Source: Anaerolineae bacterium
Lineage (GTDB): Bacteria; Chloroflexota; Anaerolineae; CG2-30-64-16
Direction of reading: 5' to 3'
DNA length: 64,000 nt
NCBI GenBank assembly: GCA_034434235.1
Contig: DAOTZV010000129.1
Coordinates: 24,284 to 88,283, forward strand
Shown here: piece after piece, positions 19,530 through 28,198 of the stretch
How positions within the stretch are numbered: position 1 is the first letter of the stretch
Layout of the letters: each line of letters opens with the position of its first letter
Position numbers and translations under genes: made by a program
The notes under the pieces: model-generated
Seen by the model: the letters and a program-made list of their open reading frames with translations, nothing else
Databases searched by the model: none
What the model was told of the DNA's origin: nothing

Positions 19530-21746
19530 ATGATGAGATGGTTGCAGTTCTTGCGGCAGCGCGCCGTGTCGAGTTGGCTTGCCGGGGCCGTGCTGGCGTG
19601 GGCATGCGTGGGCATGGCAGGAGCCAGTCCGTGGCGCGCCGCCGTCGCAGATTCCTGGACGATCGCGTGTGTAGAGTGCCCACGGAGCTTCGATGCCCTG
19701 ACCGATCGCAGCCTGCGCCTGTTGCCCGATGGCCGGCCGGCCGTCGCTTACGGGGGAGATCATCTCTATTATGCCTGGCGCGTCGATGTCGGCTGGCAGG
19801 TTCAGGTGGTAGATGAGGCGCCGGCCGTCGGCGGGTCGGCGTCGCTGGCGGTGTCGGCCGCCGGCCGGCCGCACATCGCGTATTACGACGCGCTCAACCG
19901 CGACCTGAAGTACGCGCGGATGGAGGCTGACGGCTGGGCCCGCGAGACCGTGGATGCGACGGGAGATGCGGCCGCGGTGGCGGCGTTGGCGTTGGACCGA
20001 TTCGACCGGCCGCACATCGTCTATTACCGGGACAATGGCGACGGAGCATCGCCGCGGCTGGCGTATGCCCGACGGGGCGATTCGGGGTGGGAGTTCGCCG
20101 TGATCGCCGTATTGACTTCCACGGCGCGCTACATTTCGCTGGCGCTGGACGGCGCCGATCGGCCGCACGTGGCCTATTACGACGAGGGGACGCATCACCT
20201 GCGCTATGCCCGGCTGACCGAGGGCGGCTGGGACGTGCAGGCGGTGGACGGCGACGGCGACGTCGGTTCGGGGTGTTCCCTTGCGCTCGACGCGGCCGGC
20301 CACCCGCACATCAGCTATTACGATTACGACACCGTGCGCGGCGCGCTGCGCTATGCCGCGTGGGACGGCGACGCGACGCATCCCTGGCAGATCGCGGTGG
20401 TGGACGACGCGGACGACGTCGGCGGCTACACCTCGCTGGCGCTGGATCGCCTGGGCCGGCCGGTGATCAGCTATCACGATTACACGCACGGCGCGCTCAA
20501 GCTGGCGCGCGGCGCTGCGGCGCTATCGGCCGGCGCATCCGCCTTCTCCTGGCAGATCGAGACCGTCGAGGACGAGGGGGACGTGGGGCTCTACACGTCT
20601 CTGGCGCTCGACGCTGAGGACCGGCCGCATATCCTGCACTTCGATCTGACCCGCCGGGCGATCCGCTACGCGGGGTGGGAAGGAGATCGCTGGCAGTTCG
20701 CGGAGGTGGATCGCGCCGGCCGCGTCGGCGAGTACACCTCTCTGGCGCGGGATGCGGCCGGCATCCTTCACGTCAGTTACTACGACGTGGATGGCGGACA
20801 TCTGAAGCATGCCCATCGGGCCGGCGCGGGCTGGTCGAGCGAAACGGTGGACGATGCGCCGGGCGCGGGCCTTTACACGAGCCTGGCGCTGGATGGAAAC
20901 GGCGCCGGGCACATCAGCTATCAGGACGGCTACGCGTTGGCCCTGAAGTATGCGTTCCAGACGCCGACCGGCTGGCAGACCGTTACGGTGGACGCCGACG
21001 GCGAGGTGGGCGCGCACACGTCCATCGCCGTGGACGCCGCGGGCCGGCCCCACATCAGCTACTACGACGCGACCGCCCAGGCGGTCAAGCACGCGGCCCG
21101 CGGCGAGACCGGCTGGACGGTCGAGACCGTCGAGCGGGTCGGCCCTCCGACCGCTACGGCCCTGGCGGTGGATGCGACCGGTGCGGTACACGTCGCCTAT
21201 TGTGCGGGCGAAACGGCCGGCGTGCTGCACTATGCCGTGCGCAGCGGAGGCGGATGGCAGATCGAGCCGGTCGACGCGGCGGGCGACATGGGCGGCCGCA
21301 TCGCGTTGGCCCTCGATGCCCAGGCCGCGGCCTATATCAGCTACTACGACTTCGCCGGCCGGCGCGTGCTGCTTGCCCATCGCGGGCCGACCGGCTGGGC
21401 GACGGAGGTCGTGGCCGTCGGGGTCGGCGAGAGCCACACGGCGTTGGCCCTGGATCGCGACGCCGCGCCGGCCGTGGCGTTTTACGACAGCGCGGAGGGC
21501 GCTTTGAAGTTCGGCCGCCGGTCGGCTTCGCGCGCGCGGGGCGTGGCCGGCGTTGCCGCGGGGTGGGACGTCGTGACCGTCTACCGCCAGGGGGATGCCG
21601 GCGCATATCCTTCGCTGCAGTTCGACGCCGCCGGCCGGCCCTGGATCAGCTTCTATGACGCGACGAACGGCGACCTCCTGATCGCCCAGGGCCCCGCCAT
21701 CGCGAGGGCGACCTTCCTCCCGCTCTTGTTGCGCAACGCCCGTTGA
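19530..21746 (+). CDS. Secreted repeat protein: about 13 tandem ~48-aa repeats (consensus ...SLALD..GRPHISYYD.....LKYA...GW....VD..GDVG...), probable beta-propeller
   Basis: Signal-peptide-like N-terminus (MMRWLQFLRQRAVSSWLAGAVLAWACVGMAGA); the repeat periodicity is visible in the translation; no family recognised. Confidence 0.6.
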   Translation: MMRWLQFLRQRAVSSWLAGAVLAWACVGMAGASPWRAAVADSWTIACVECPRSFDALTDRSLRLLPDGRPAVAYGGDHLYYAWRVDVGWQVQVVDEAPAVGGSASLAVSAAGRPHIAYYDALNRDLKYARMEADGWARETVDATGDAAAVAALALDRFDRPHIVYYRDNGDGASPRLAYARRGDSGWEFAVIAVLTSTARYISLALDGADRPHVAYYDEGTHHLRYARLTEGGWDVQAVDGDGDVGSGCSLALDAAGHPHISYYDYDTVRGALRYAAWDGDATHPWQIAVVDDADDVGGYTSLALDRLGRPVISYHDYTHGALKLARGAAALSAGASAFSWQIETVEDEGDVGLYTSLALDAEDRPHILHFDLTRRAIRYAGWEGDRWQFAEVDRAGRVGEYTSLARDAAGILHVSYYDVDGGHLKHAHRAGAGWSSETVDDAPGAGLYTSLALDGNGAGHISYQDGYALALKYAFQTPTGWQTVTVDADGEVGAHTSIAVDAAGRPHISYYDATAQAVKHAARGETGWTVETVERVGPPTATALAVDATGAVHVAYCAGETAGVLHYAVRSGGGWQIEPVDAAGDMGGRIALALDAQAAAYISYYDFAGRRVLLAHRGPTGWATEVVAVGVGESHTALALDRDAAPAVAFYDSAEGALKFGRRSASRARGVAGVAAGWDVVTVYRQGDAGAYPSLQFDAAGRPWISFYDATNGDLLIAQGPAIARATFLPLLLRNAR

Positions 21747-21768
21747 TGATGAAAACGCACAGGATAGC

Positions 21769-22959
21769 TTGTCCCACAAGGATGGCGCCATGTTTCGCAC
21801 CGGCCTCGACGTCCTTTTGCACGAGAATCTGGCGCGCGTGGCCGGCCGCCGCGTCGGCCTGATCAGCCACCCGGCGGCCGTCACGGCCGATCTCACTCCG
21901 GCGGTGGATGCGCTTCACGCGGCCGGGGCGAAGCTGGCCGCGCTGTTCGGCATGGAACACGGCTTCGGCGGCGCGATTGCCGACGGCGCGGCCGTGGCCG
22001 ATGCGCTGGACGGCCGGCTGGCGGCGCCGATCTACAGCCTCTATGGCGCGACGCGCGAGCCGACCGCCGCCATGCTCGCCGGATTGGATCTCCTGTTGTT
22101 CGACGTGCAGGATGTCGGCGCGCGTTTTTACACGTTCATCAGCACCCTGTACTACGTGTTGCGCGCGGCCGGCCGCCACGGCATCCCGCTCGTCGTGCTC
22201 GACCGGCCCAACCCCATCGGCGGCGACGCCATCGAGGGGCCGCCGGTCGCGTCGGGGCTGGAGTCGTTCGTCGGCATCGCGTCGATCCCCATCCGCCACG
22301 GGATGACGATGGGCGAGCTGGCGCGCTATTTCAACGCCGCCTTCGGCTTCGGCGCCGACCTGACGGTTGTCTCGATGAGCGGCTGGCGCCGGGCCATGTG
22401 GTTCGACGACACGGGCCGGCCGTGGGTGCCGACCTCGCCGGCCATGCCGCACCTTTCGACCGCGACCGTTTATCCCGGCACGTGCCTGGCCGAGGGCACG
22501 AACCTGTCGGAAGGCCGCGGCACCGCGCTGCCGTTTGAGGTGATCGGCGCGCCGTGGCTCGACGGCCACGCGCTGGCGGCCGCGCTCAATCGGCTCGATC
22601 TGCCGGGAGTGCGCTTCCGGCCGGCCGAATTCGCGCCGTCGGCCGGCAAATACGCCGGCGAGCTGTGTCGCGGGGTCCAGGTGCACGTGACGGACCGTCG
22701 CGCCTTCCGGCCGGTTGCGGCCGGCCTCCACCTGATCGCCGCGTGTCGCCATCAAGCCCCCGACCGTTTCACATTCCTCCCCTCCAGTTGGGAAGGGAAA
22801 CCACCCCACTTCGATCTGTTGATCGGCGATCCCCGCATCCGGCCGGCTCTGCTGTCCGGCACGCCGGTGGAAGCACTGGTCGCATCCTGGGATGTCGACG
22901 CGGCTTTTTGGGCCGAACAACGTCGGCCTTACCTGCTGTACGATATGACGACGGACTGA
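21769..22959 (+). CDS. DUF1343 domain protein (NamZ-like exo-beta-N-acetylmuramidase family)
   Basis: The conserved LLFDVQDVGARFYTFISTLYYVL block and overall ~390-aa architecture match DUF1343. Confidence 0.8.
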   Translation: MSHKDGAMFRTGLDVLLHENLARVAGRRVGLISHPAAVTADLTPAVDALHAAGAKLAALFGMEHGFGGAIADGAAVADALDGRLAAPIYSLYGATREPTAAMLAGLDLLLFDVQDVGARFYTFISTLYYVLRAAGRHGIPLVVLDRPNPIGGDAIEGPPVASGLESFVGIASIPIRHGMTMGELARYFNAAFGFGADLTVVSMSGWRRAMWFDDTGRPWVPTSPAMPHLSTATVYPGTCLAEGTNLSEGRGTALPFEVIGAPWLDGHALAAALNRLDLPGVRFRPAEFAPSAGKYAGELCRGVQVHVTDRRAFRPVAAGLHLIAACRHQAPDRFTFLPSSWEGKPPHFDLLIGDPRIRPALLSGTPVEALVASWDVDAAFWAEQRRPYLLYDMTTD

Positions 22960-23070
22960 TCCGCGTCATACCCTCCAGGCCGAATCTGGCGTAGCATGCT
23001 CTATGCATGAATGCGCATAGAGCAAGAAGTAGCGCATCGGATGGACCTCGCATAGCCAGGAGGTGGCCGG

Positions 23071-23448
23071 ATGTGGCGTCCGCGTGCATGGACTTATCAG
23101 GGTTTATTGGCGGATAACATCGTCCCGCTCGTTCTGCTCGGCAGCAACCTGTTTTTCAACATCCTCGCCAACGCCGGCTTCAAGCTGTCGGCGGCCAGCT
23201 CCGGTTGGCGCGGCTTCCTGGCGTGGCAGGTCGTCGGCAACCTGGCCGGCTTTATCACCGTGTTGACCCTGACCGGCCTGCTGCGCTACCTGCCGCTGCA
23301 CGTCGCCTATCCGATCACCGCCGGGTTGGCCGTGATCGGCGTCCAGGTGGTGGCGGCGCGCTGGCTGTTCGGCGAGGCGATTTCGTCCGGCCAGTGGCTG
23401 GGCACGTTGCTCGTCGCCATCGGGATCGTGCTGGTATCCAGGGGATAA
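23071..23448 (+). CDS. Small DMT-superfamily membrane protein (EamA/ArnE-like, 4 TM)
   Basis: 125 aa with four hydrophobic helices; upstream inverted repeat GCTCTATGC-ATGAAT-GCATAGAGC (22995-23020) may be an operator. Confidence 0.5.
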   Translation: MWRPRAWTYQGLLADNIVPLVLLGSNLFFNILANAGFKLSAASSGWRGFLAWQVVGNLAGFITVLTLTGLLRYLPLHVAYPITAGLAVIGVQVVAARWLFGEAISSGQWLGTLLVAIGIVLVSRG

Positions 23449-23454
23449 AAGACG

Positions 23455-23505
23455 CACGTGCTTTTACGTGCCTGGCACTTCCAAAGCGCCAGGCACGTAA
23501 AAGCC
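23455..23505. repeat. Palindromic element family A (CTTTTACGTGCCTGGCAC-loop-GCCAGGCACGTAAAAG)
   Basis: 16-17-bp perfect stem; near-identical to the element at 45264-45309. Confidence 0.6.
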
Positions 23506-23525
23506 TCTCAAGGATAAACACAGCC

Positions 23526-24380
23526 ATGAAACCCGCGCCTCGAACGAGCCACATCATCGTGACCGCCGACGATTTCGGCCGCTCGCCGGCCATCAACGCG
23601 GCGATCATGCGGGCGCACCGTGAGGGGATCCTCACCGCCGCCAGCCTGATGGTGGCCGGCGACGCCTGGGCCGAGGCGGTCGAGCTGGCGCGCGCCATGC
23701 CCACCCTGGCGGTCGGGCTTCACCTGGTGGTGTCCGGCGGCCGCGCCGTGTTGAGTCCCGGCGAGATCCCCCACCTGGTAGGCCCCGACGGCCTCTTTCC
23801 CGATGATCCGTTGCGCCTGGGCCTGCGCTACACTTTCGACCGCGCCGCACAGAGGGAGCTGGCGGCCGAGATCGCGGCGCAGTTCGCACGCTATGCCGCC
23901 ACGGGCCTGCCGCTTTCGCACGTGGACGGTCACCAGCACCTGCACGTGCATCCGGTCGTGTTCAACCTGTTGTTGTCCCTGGCCAAACAGTATGGCGCGC
24001 ACGGCGTGCGCGTGCCGGCCGACGACCTGATGTTCGCGCTGCGCTACGATCGCCGCGGGGCCGGCGCAAAGATCGGCTGGGCGCTGGGCCTGGGATTGGT
24101 GCTCGGCTGGTGTCGCCGCCGGGCGCGCGCCGGCGGCCTGGCCGTGGCCGATCGGGTGTACGGCGTCTTCCAGAGCGGCCGGATGACGGAGGGGTACGTG
24201 ATGGGTGTGTTGCGTGCGCTCAAGGCCCCTGTGGCCGAGTTCTACTTCCACCCGTCGCTGGAGAGCCTGGGCGAGGCGCTCGGCCCCAACCCCGGCGACC
24301 TGGCGACCCTGCTCAGCCCGGCGGTGCGCCAGGTGATCGAGGCGCGCGGGTTGCGCCTGGCGACATATGCGACCGCGTAA
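23526..24380 (+). CDS. ChbG/YdjC/HpnK-family carbohydrate deacetylase
   Basis: N-terminal IIVTADDFGRSPAINAAI is the hallmark of YdjC-like proteins; catalytic D/H residues (HVDGHQHLH). Confidence 0.75.
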   Translation: MKPAPRTSHIIVTADDFGRSPAINAAIMRAHREGILTAASLMVAGDAWAEAVELARAMPTLAVGLHLVVSGGRAVLSPGEIPHLVGPDGLFPDDPLRLGLRYTFDRAAQRELAAEIAAQFARYAATGLPLSHVDGHQHLHVHPVVFNLLLSLAKQYGAHGVRVPADDLMFALRYDRRGAGAKIGWALGLGLVLGWCRRRARAGGLAVADRVYGVFQSGRMTEGYVMGVLRALKAPVAEFYFHPSLESLGEALGPNPGDLATLLSPAVRQVIEARGLRLATYATA

Positions 24381-24440
24381 CGTGCCTGACGCTCTGGCAT
24401 ACCGCCGATTGACTTCACGTGCCTGGCACGTAACGCCAGA
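24372..24440. repeat. Palindromic element family A variant (CGTAACGTGCCTG...CACGTGCCTGGCACGTAACGCC)
   Basis: Central palindrome ACGTGCCTGGCACGT plus flanking inverted CGTAACGTGCC/GGCACGTAACG; lies between ydjC-like and modE-like genes. Confidence 0.5.
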
Positions 24441-24455
24441 ACTGCGACCGATGCC

Positions 24456-24821
24456 ATGGAACCATCCGATAACCTGTCTGGGGCACCCCTCACCGCCCAC
24501 GCCAATCTCTGGCTGGAAGCCAACGGCCAGGTCGCGCTGAGCCGCTGGCGCGTGCAACTGTTAGAAGCGATCGCCGCGACCGGCTCGATTCGCGCCGCGG
24601 CCGCGCAGATGAAGATCACCTACAACCTGGCGTGGCACCGCCTGGACGAGATGGAGCAGGCGCTGGGCGTCCAGTTGGTGCATCGGCAGCGCGGCGGCCC
24701 CGGGGGCGGCGCGGCGCAGCTCACCGAACAAGGCCGGGCCTATGTAGCGCGCTTCAACCGCTTTGCCGCAGAGGTGGACGCGGTCATGGCGCGGGCCTTC
24801 GAGGCCCATTTCGGCAGCTGA
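24456..24821 (+). CDS. ModE-N-terminal-like (LysR-type HTH) transcriptional regulator lacking molybdate-binding domains
   Basis: LSRWRVQLLEAIAATGSIRAAAAQMKITYNLAWHRLDEMEQALGVQLV resembles the ModE N-terminal HTH; located directly upstream of a tungstoenzyme gene. Confidence 0.65.
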   Translation: MEPSDNLSGAPLTAHANLWLEANGQVALSRWRVQLLEAIAATGSIRAAAAQMKITYNLAWHRLDEMEQALGVQLVHRQRGGPGGGAAQLTEQGRAYVARFNRFAAEVDAVMARAFEAHFGS

Positions 24822-24850
24822 GGCGCAGGAGATTTGGGGCTGCCGCAAAC

Positions 24851-24880
24851 TTGCATAATCGGCCGAAATGCGTACAATGA
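24851..24880 (+). promoter_or_regulatory. Sigma-70-like promoter TTGCAT-N17-TACAAT
   Basis: Near-consensus -35/-10 read directly in an AT-richer intergenic segment upstream of the AOR gene. Confidence 0.5.
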
Positions 24881-25116
24881 TTTTGTAAGCCTGCTCCCTA
24901 TCTTGCTTGTAGTCCACCGACAGGGTAATGACAGCGCAGTATTTGCCCGGCAACACTTCGCAGCGGTCCGGAACATCTCTGATCAAGCTGTTTCGGAAGG
25001 GTGAGGAAGCGAAAGGGCGTTATATCTGGCCGATATAACGCCCTTTTTGTTTCACATGAGGATGGCCAGCCACATCATTCCCATAAAATGTCCGCAGAAT
25101 GCATAAGGAGGTGCAC
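24881..25116 (+). promoter_or_regulatory. About 230-nt structured 5' leader of the AOR gene ending in an intrinsic terminator; candidate riboswitch/attenuator (Moco/Tuco-type suspected but not confirmed)
   Basis: Long leader between the predicted promoter and the SD-ATG (GGAGG 6 nt upstream of ATG 25117). Terminator 25014-25053 lies inside the leader, with a purine-rich segment GGAAGGGTGAGGAAGCGAAAGGGCG capable of alternative pairing. Confidence 0.35.
25014..25053 (+). terminator. Rho-independent terminator (AAGGGCGTTATAT-CTGGCCG-ATATAACGCCCTT + TTTTGTTT)
   Basis: 13-bp perfect stem followed by a T-run, 65 nt upstream of the AOR start codon. Confidence 0.7.
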
Positions 25117-26934
25117 ATGAATCTGGGCGGATATGCCAATCGGGTGGCCTGGATCGACCTGACCAAAGGGACGGTCGAGTACAAGCCGATCGCGGAGGAG
25201 GACGCGCTGAAGTACATCGGCGCGCGCGGCCTGGGGGTGAAGTACGTCTTCGACAACGGCCCCAAGGTGGATCCGCTGTCGCCGGAAAACATCCTGTGCT
25301 TCATGAACGGCCCGTTGACCGGCACCGACGCCAACATGAGCGGTCGCATGGCCATCGTGACCAAGTCGCCGCTCACCGGCACCGTGACCGACTCGCATCA
25401 CGGCGGCTGGTCGGCGGCCCGGCTCAAGTGGGCGGGCTTCGACGGCCTGGTCTTCAAGGGCAAGGCCGAAAAGCCGGTCTATGCCTATGTGGAGAACGGC
25501 CAGGTGACGTTGCACGACGCCAGCGACCTGTGGGGCAAGGGGGTCCACGAGACGATCAAGATCCTGCAAGAGCGCTACGGCAACGAAAAGGAGCTGAGCA
25601 TCATCGCGATCGGCCCGGCCGGCGAGAACCTGGTGAAGTTCGCCTGCTGGGTGAACGAGAACGATCGCGCCTCGGGTCGCGGCGGCACCGGCTGCGTGGG
25701 CGGCAGCAAGCACCTGAAGGCCATCGTGATCCGCGGCAAGCACGCCGATCGGCCCCGGCCGGTGGACCGGGACGGCTGGAAGACGGCCCACCAGCGCGCG
25801 CTGGCTACCATCATGGACGAGGCCAACGTCACCTCCCCGCGCAAGGGCGGCCTGTCGGTCTACGGCACCAACGTGCTGATGAACATCACCAGCAACATGG
25901 GCGCGCTGCCCAGCTACAACAGCAAGGTGACCAGCTTCGGCGAGAACGGCGAGCTGATCAGCGGCGAGTGGGTCAAGGCGAACATCCTGGTGAATGACCC
26001 CACTTGCCACGCCTGCCCGGTGGCCTGCAAGAAGGAGGTCGAGGTCAAGGAAGGGCCGTTCAAGATCCACATGGAGAGCCTGGAGTACGAGCCGGCCTGG
26101 TCGCTGGGCGCCAACTGCGGCAACAACGACGCCGGCGCGATTGCCTACATGATTGACCGGGCCAACGACTACGGCTACGACGCCATCGAGATCGGCGATG
26201 TCCTCTCCCTGTACATGGAGTACAGCGAGCGGGGCTACGCCAACGGCGACGGCCTGGCCTGGGGCGACCGCCACGGCATGGTCGAGCTCATGCGCAAGAT
26301 CGCCTACCGCGAGGGGATCGGCGACATCCTGGCCGAGGGCACCGGCAAGGCGGCCGCGAAGCTGGGCCATCCCGAGCTGGGCATGCACGTCAAGGGCCAG
26401 GGCATCCCGGCCTACGATCCGCGCGGCCTCAAGGGCATGGGCATCGCCTACGCCACCTCGAACCGCGGCGCGTGCCACCTGCGCGGCTACACCCCGGCCA
26501 GCGAGCTGGGCCTGATCCCGCTCAAGACCGACCCGCTGGCCTGGAAGGGCAAGGGCGAGCTGCTCAAGCTGCTCCAGGACTTGCATGCGTTCTCCGACAG
26601 CCTGGATCTGTGCAAGTTCTCGGCCTTCGCCGAGGGCGCGGAGGAGTACGCCCTCCAGTACAGCGCCATGACCGGCCGGGCCATCACGGCCGATGAGGTG
26701 CTCAAGACCGGCGAGCGCATCTACAACCTGGAGCGCTACTACAACAACCTCTGCGGCTTCGACGGCAAGGACGACACCCTGCCGGAGCGCTTCCTGAAGG
26801 AGCCTTCCACCATGCCCGGCTCCCAGGGCCATGTCTGCGAGCTGGACCTGATGAAGGAGGAGTACTATCGGGTGCGCGGCTGGGATAACGGCGTGGTCAC
26901 CGAGGCCAAGCTGAAGGAGCTGGGGATCGCTTAA
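25117..26934 (+). CDS. aor: Tungsten-containing aldehyde:ferredoxin oxidoreductase (AOR family)
   Basis: N-terminal domain (GYANRVAWIDLTKGTVEY...GARGLGVKYV), AOR motifs including GRMAIVTKSPLTG, Cys ligands for the [4Fe-4S] cluster (CHACPVAC), about 605 aa. Confidence 0.9.
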   Translation: MNLGGYANRVAWIDLTKGTVEYKPIAEEDALKYIGARGLGVKYVFDNGPKVDPLSPENILCFMNGPLTGTDANMSGRMAIVTKSPLTGTVTDSHHGGWSAARLKWAGFDGLVFKGKAEKPVYAYVENGQVTLHDASDLWGKGVHETIKILQERYGNEKELSIIAIGPAGENLVKFACWVNENDRASGRGGTGCVGGSKHLKAIVIRGKHADRPRPVDRDGWKTAHQRALATIMDEANVTSPRKGGLSVYGTNVLMNITSNMGALPSYNSKVTSFGENGELISGEWVKANILVNDPTCHACPVACKKEVEVKEGPFKIHMESLEYEPAWSLGANCGNNDAGAIAYMIDRANDYGYDAIEIGDVLSLYMEYSERGYANGDGLAWGDRHGMVELMRKIAYREGIGDILAEGTGKAAAKLGHPELGMHVKGQGIPAYDPRGLKGMGIAYATSNRGACHLRGYTPASELGLIPLKTDPLAWKGKGELLKLLQDLHAFSDSLDLCKFSAFAEGAEEYALQYSAMTGRAITADEVLKTGERIYNLERYYNNLCGFDGKDDTLPERFLKEPSTMPGSQGHVCELDLMKEEYYRVRGWDNGVVTEAKLKELGIA

Positions 26935-26974
26935 AAAAGCTCACACAAAGACACAAAGAGCACAAATTGGACAA

Positions 26975-27016
26975 GATAGCAACCGGCACACTCCGCGCCG
27001 GTTGCTATCTTTTTAT
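26975..27016. terminator. Bidirectional intrinsic terminator (GATAGCAACCGGC-loop-GCCGGTTGCTATC-TTTTTA)
   Basis: 13-bp perfect stem plus T-run between the convergent AOR gene and the 27013-27921 gene. Confidence 0.7.
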
Positions 27017-27921
27017 CTTCCCGGCGGGAAGATGCTCAGCCGGTCGCCGGGCACCAGCGCGGCCTGCAACCCGCCCGCGTATTCCACGTTGCGGCCGTTG
27101 AGGCGGATGTTCCAATCGCGCCGCGGCCGATAGGCCGGCCGCACCCGCATCCAGGGGGTGCCCTCCTCGTCCGGCCGATATTCGTCCAGCCACACGGGAT
27201 CGAACACCTCGCGGCGCAGTTCGGGGAAGTAGTTGAAGAACTTGCGCAGGGCATGTTCGACGCGGCTGCCCGCCCCCAGCTTCACGCTCACCTCTTCGGC
27301 CTCGATCAGCGTGCGCAGCCGGCCGTAGACTTCGACCGGCAGGGCGAAGTCGCCCGCGTCCAGCTCGCGCGCGGCATGATAGCCGGCCGACATCAGGTGC
27401 CCGTGCATGGTGAGCAGCTTGTGCCAGCCGCTCAACGCGCGCGCCACCAGCGCCGCATCGCGCAGCTCGGCCGCGATGTAGCCGGCGAAGTTGGCCTGCG
27501 CCAGGCTGATCGCGCCGGACACGTAGACCTCGGGCACGTGGATGTGCCGCGGGCCGTGGCCGGCATGGTACTTGCCGGCGCGGTACAGGTAGCGGGCCAG
27601 GTCGTCGCTCAGGTCCAGGCCGATGGTGCGCGCCAGCCAGATGGTGAAGAAGCGCCGGCGTTCGGCCAGGTGCTCGGGGTCGGGGCCCTGCTCCCAGCCC
27701 AGGATCTCGGCCGTCTCCTTGAAGTTCAGCAGATAATCATACGCGCCGACGACGAATTCCGTGCCGTGGCGCATCAGGATCTCGACCGTCTCGGCCATGG
27801 CCGCCAGGTCCTGCCGGTTGAGATCCAGGAAGCTGCGCAGGCGCCGCCACTCTTCTTCCGGCGCCGGCGCCAGATCGGTCAACAACATGGCATCGGCATG
27901 TACACCCTCTCCGCCGTCCAT
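27013..27921 (-). CDS. Hypothetical protein (all-alpha N-terminal domain; the C-terminal tail ...GDRLSIFPPGR weakly resembles the end of ThiS/MoaD-like beta-grasp proteins)
   Basis: Codon usage supports a real gene; no confident family assignment. Confidence 0.45.
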   Translation of the reverse strand: MDGGEGVHADAMLLTDLAPAPEEEWRRLRSFLDLNRQDLAAMAETVEILMRHGTEFVVGAYDYLLNFKETAEILGWEQGPDPEHLAERRRFFTIWLARTIGLDLSDDLARYLYRAGKYHAGHGPRHIHVPEVYVSGAISLAQANFAGYIAAELRDAALVARALSGWHKLLTMHGHLMSAGYHAARELDAGDFALPVEVYGRLRTLIEAEEVSVKLGAGSRVEHALRKFFNYFPELRREVFDPVWLDEYRPDEEGTPWMRVRPAYRPRRDWNIRLNGRNVEYAGGLQAALVPGDRLSIFPPGR

Positions 27922-27936
27922 ACTTCCCTCCGTCGG

Positions 27937-28185
27937 CTATCCGCCCGCGCGGATGGCTTTCTTCTGCAACGCCGCAATGACCTGCTCAACGGCGGCTGGC
28001 TCGCCGCTGAACGCCACCTCGGTGACCCCCAGCCGCAGCGCGTGGAGGCGGACCGGCTCGCCGGCCCATACCCGCGCCTGCCACCCCGGCCCCGCGATCA
28101 GGCCTGGCGCCGTCTCCGCGCCGCCCAGCTCGGTCAGGTAGAGGATCACGATGGGCACGCCGATCCCGCGCAGTGTCAGTTGCAT
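27937..28185 (-). CDS. Small hypothetical protein (82 aa) ending in Gly-Gly
   Basis: Fills the gap between two minus-strand genes with coding-like GC3; the C-terminal ...AIRAGG could indicate a ubiquitin-like/sulfur-carrier protein but the body is not typical. Confidence 0.35.
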   Translation of the reverse strand: MQLTLRGIGVPIVILYLTELGGAETAPGLIAGPGWQARVWAGEPVRLHALRLGVTEVAFSGEPAAVEQVIAALQKKAIRAGG

Positions 28186-28198
28186 CGGCTTGTTTCTC

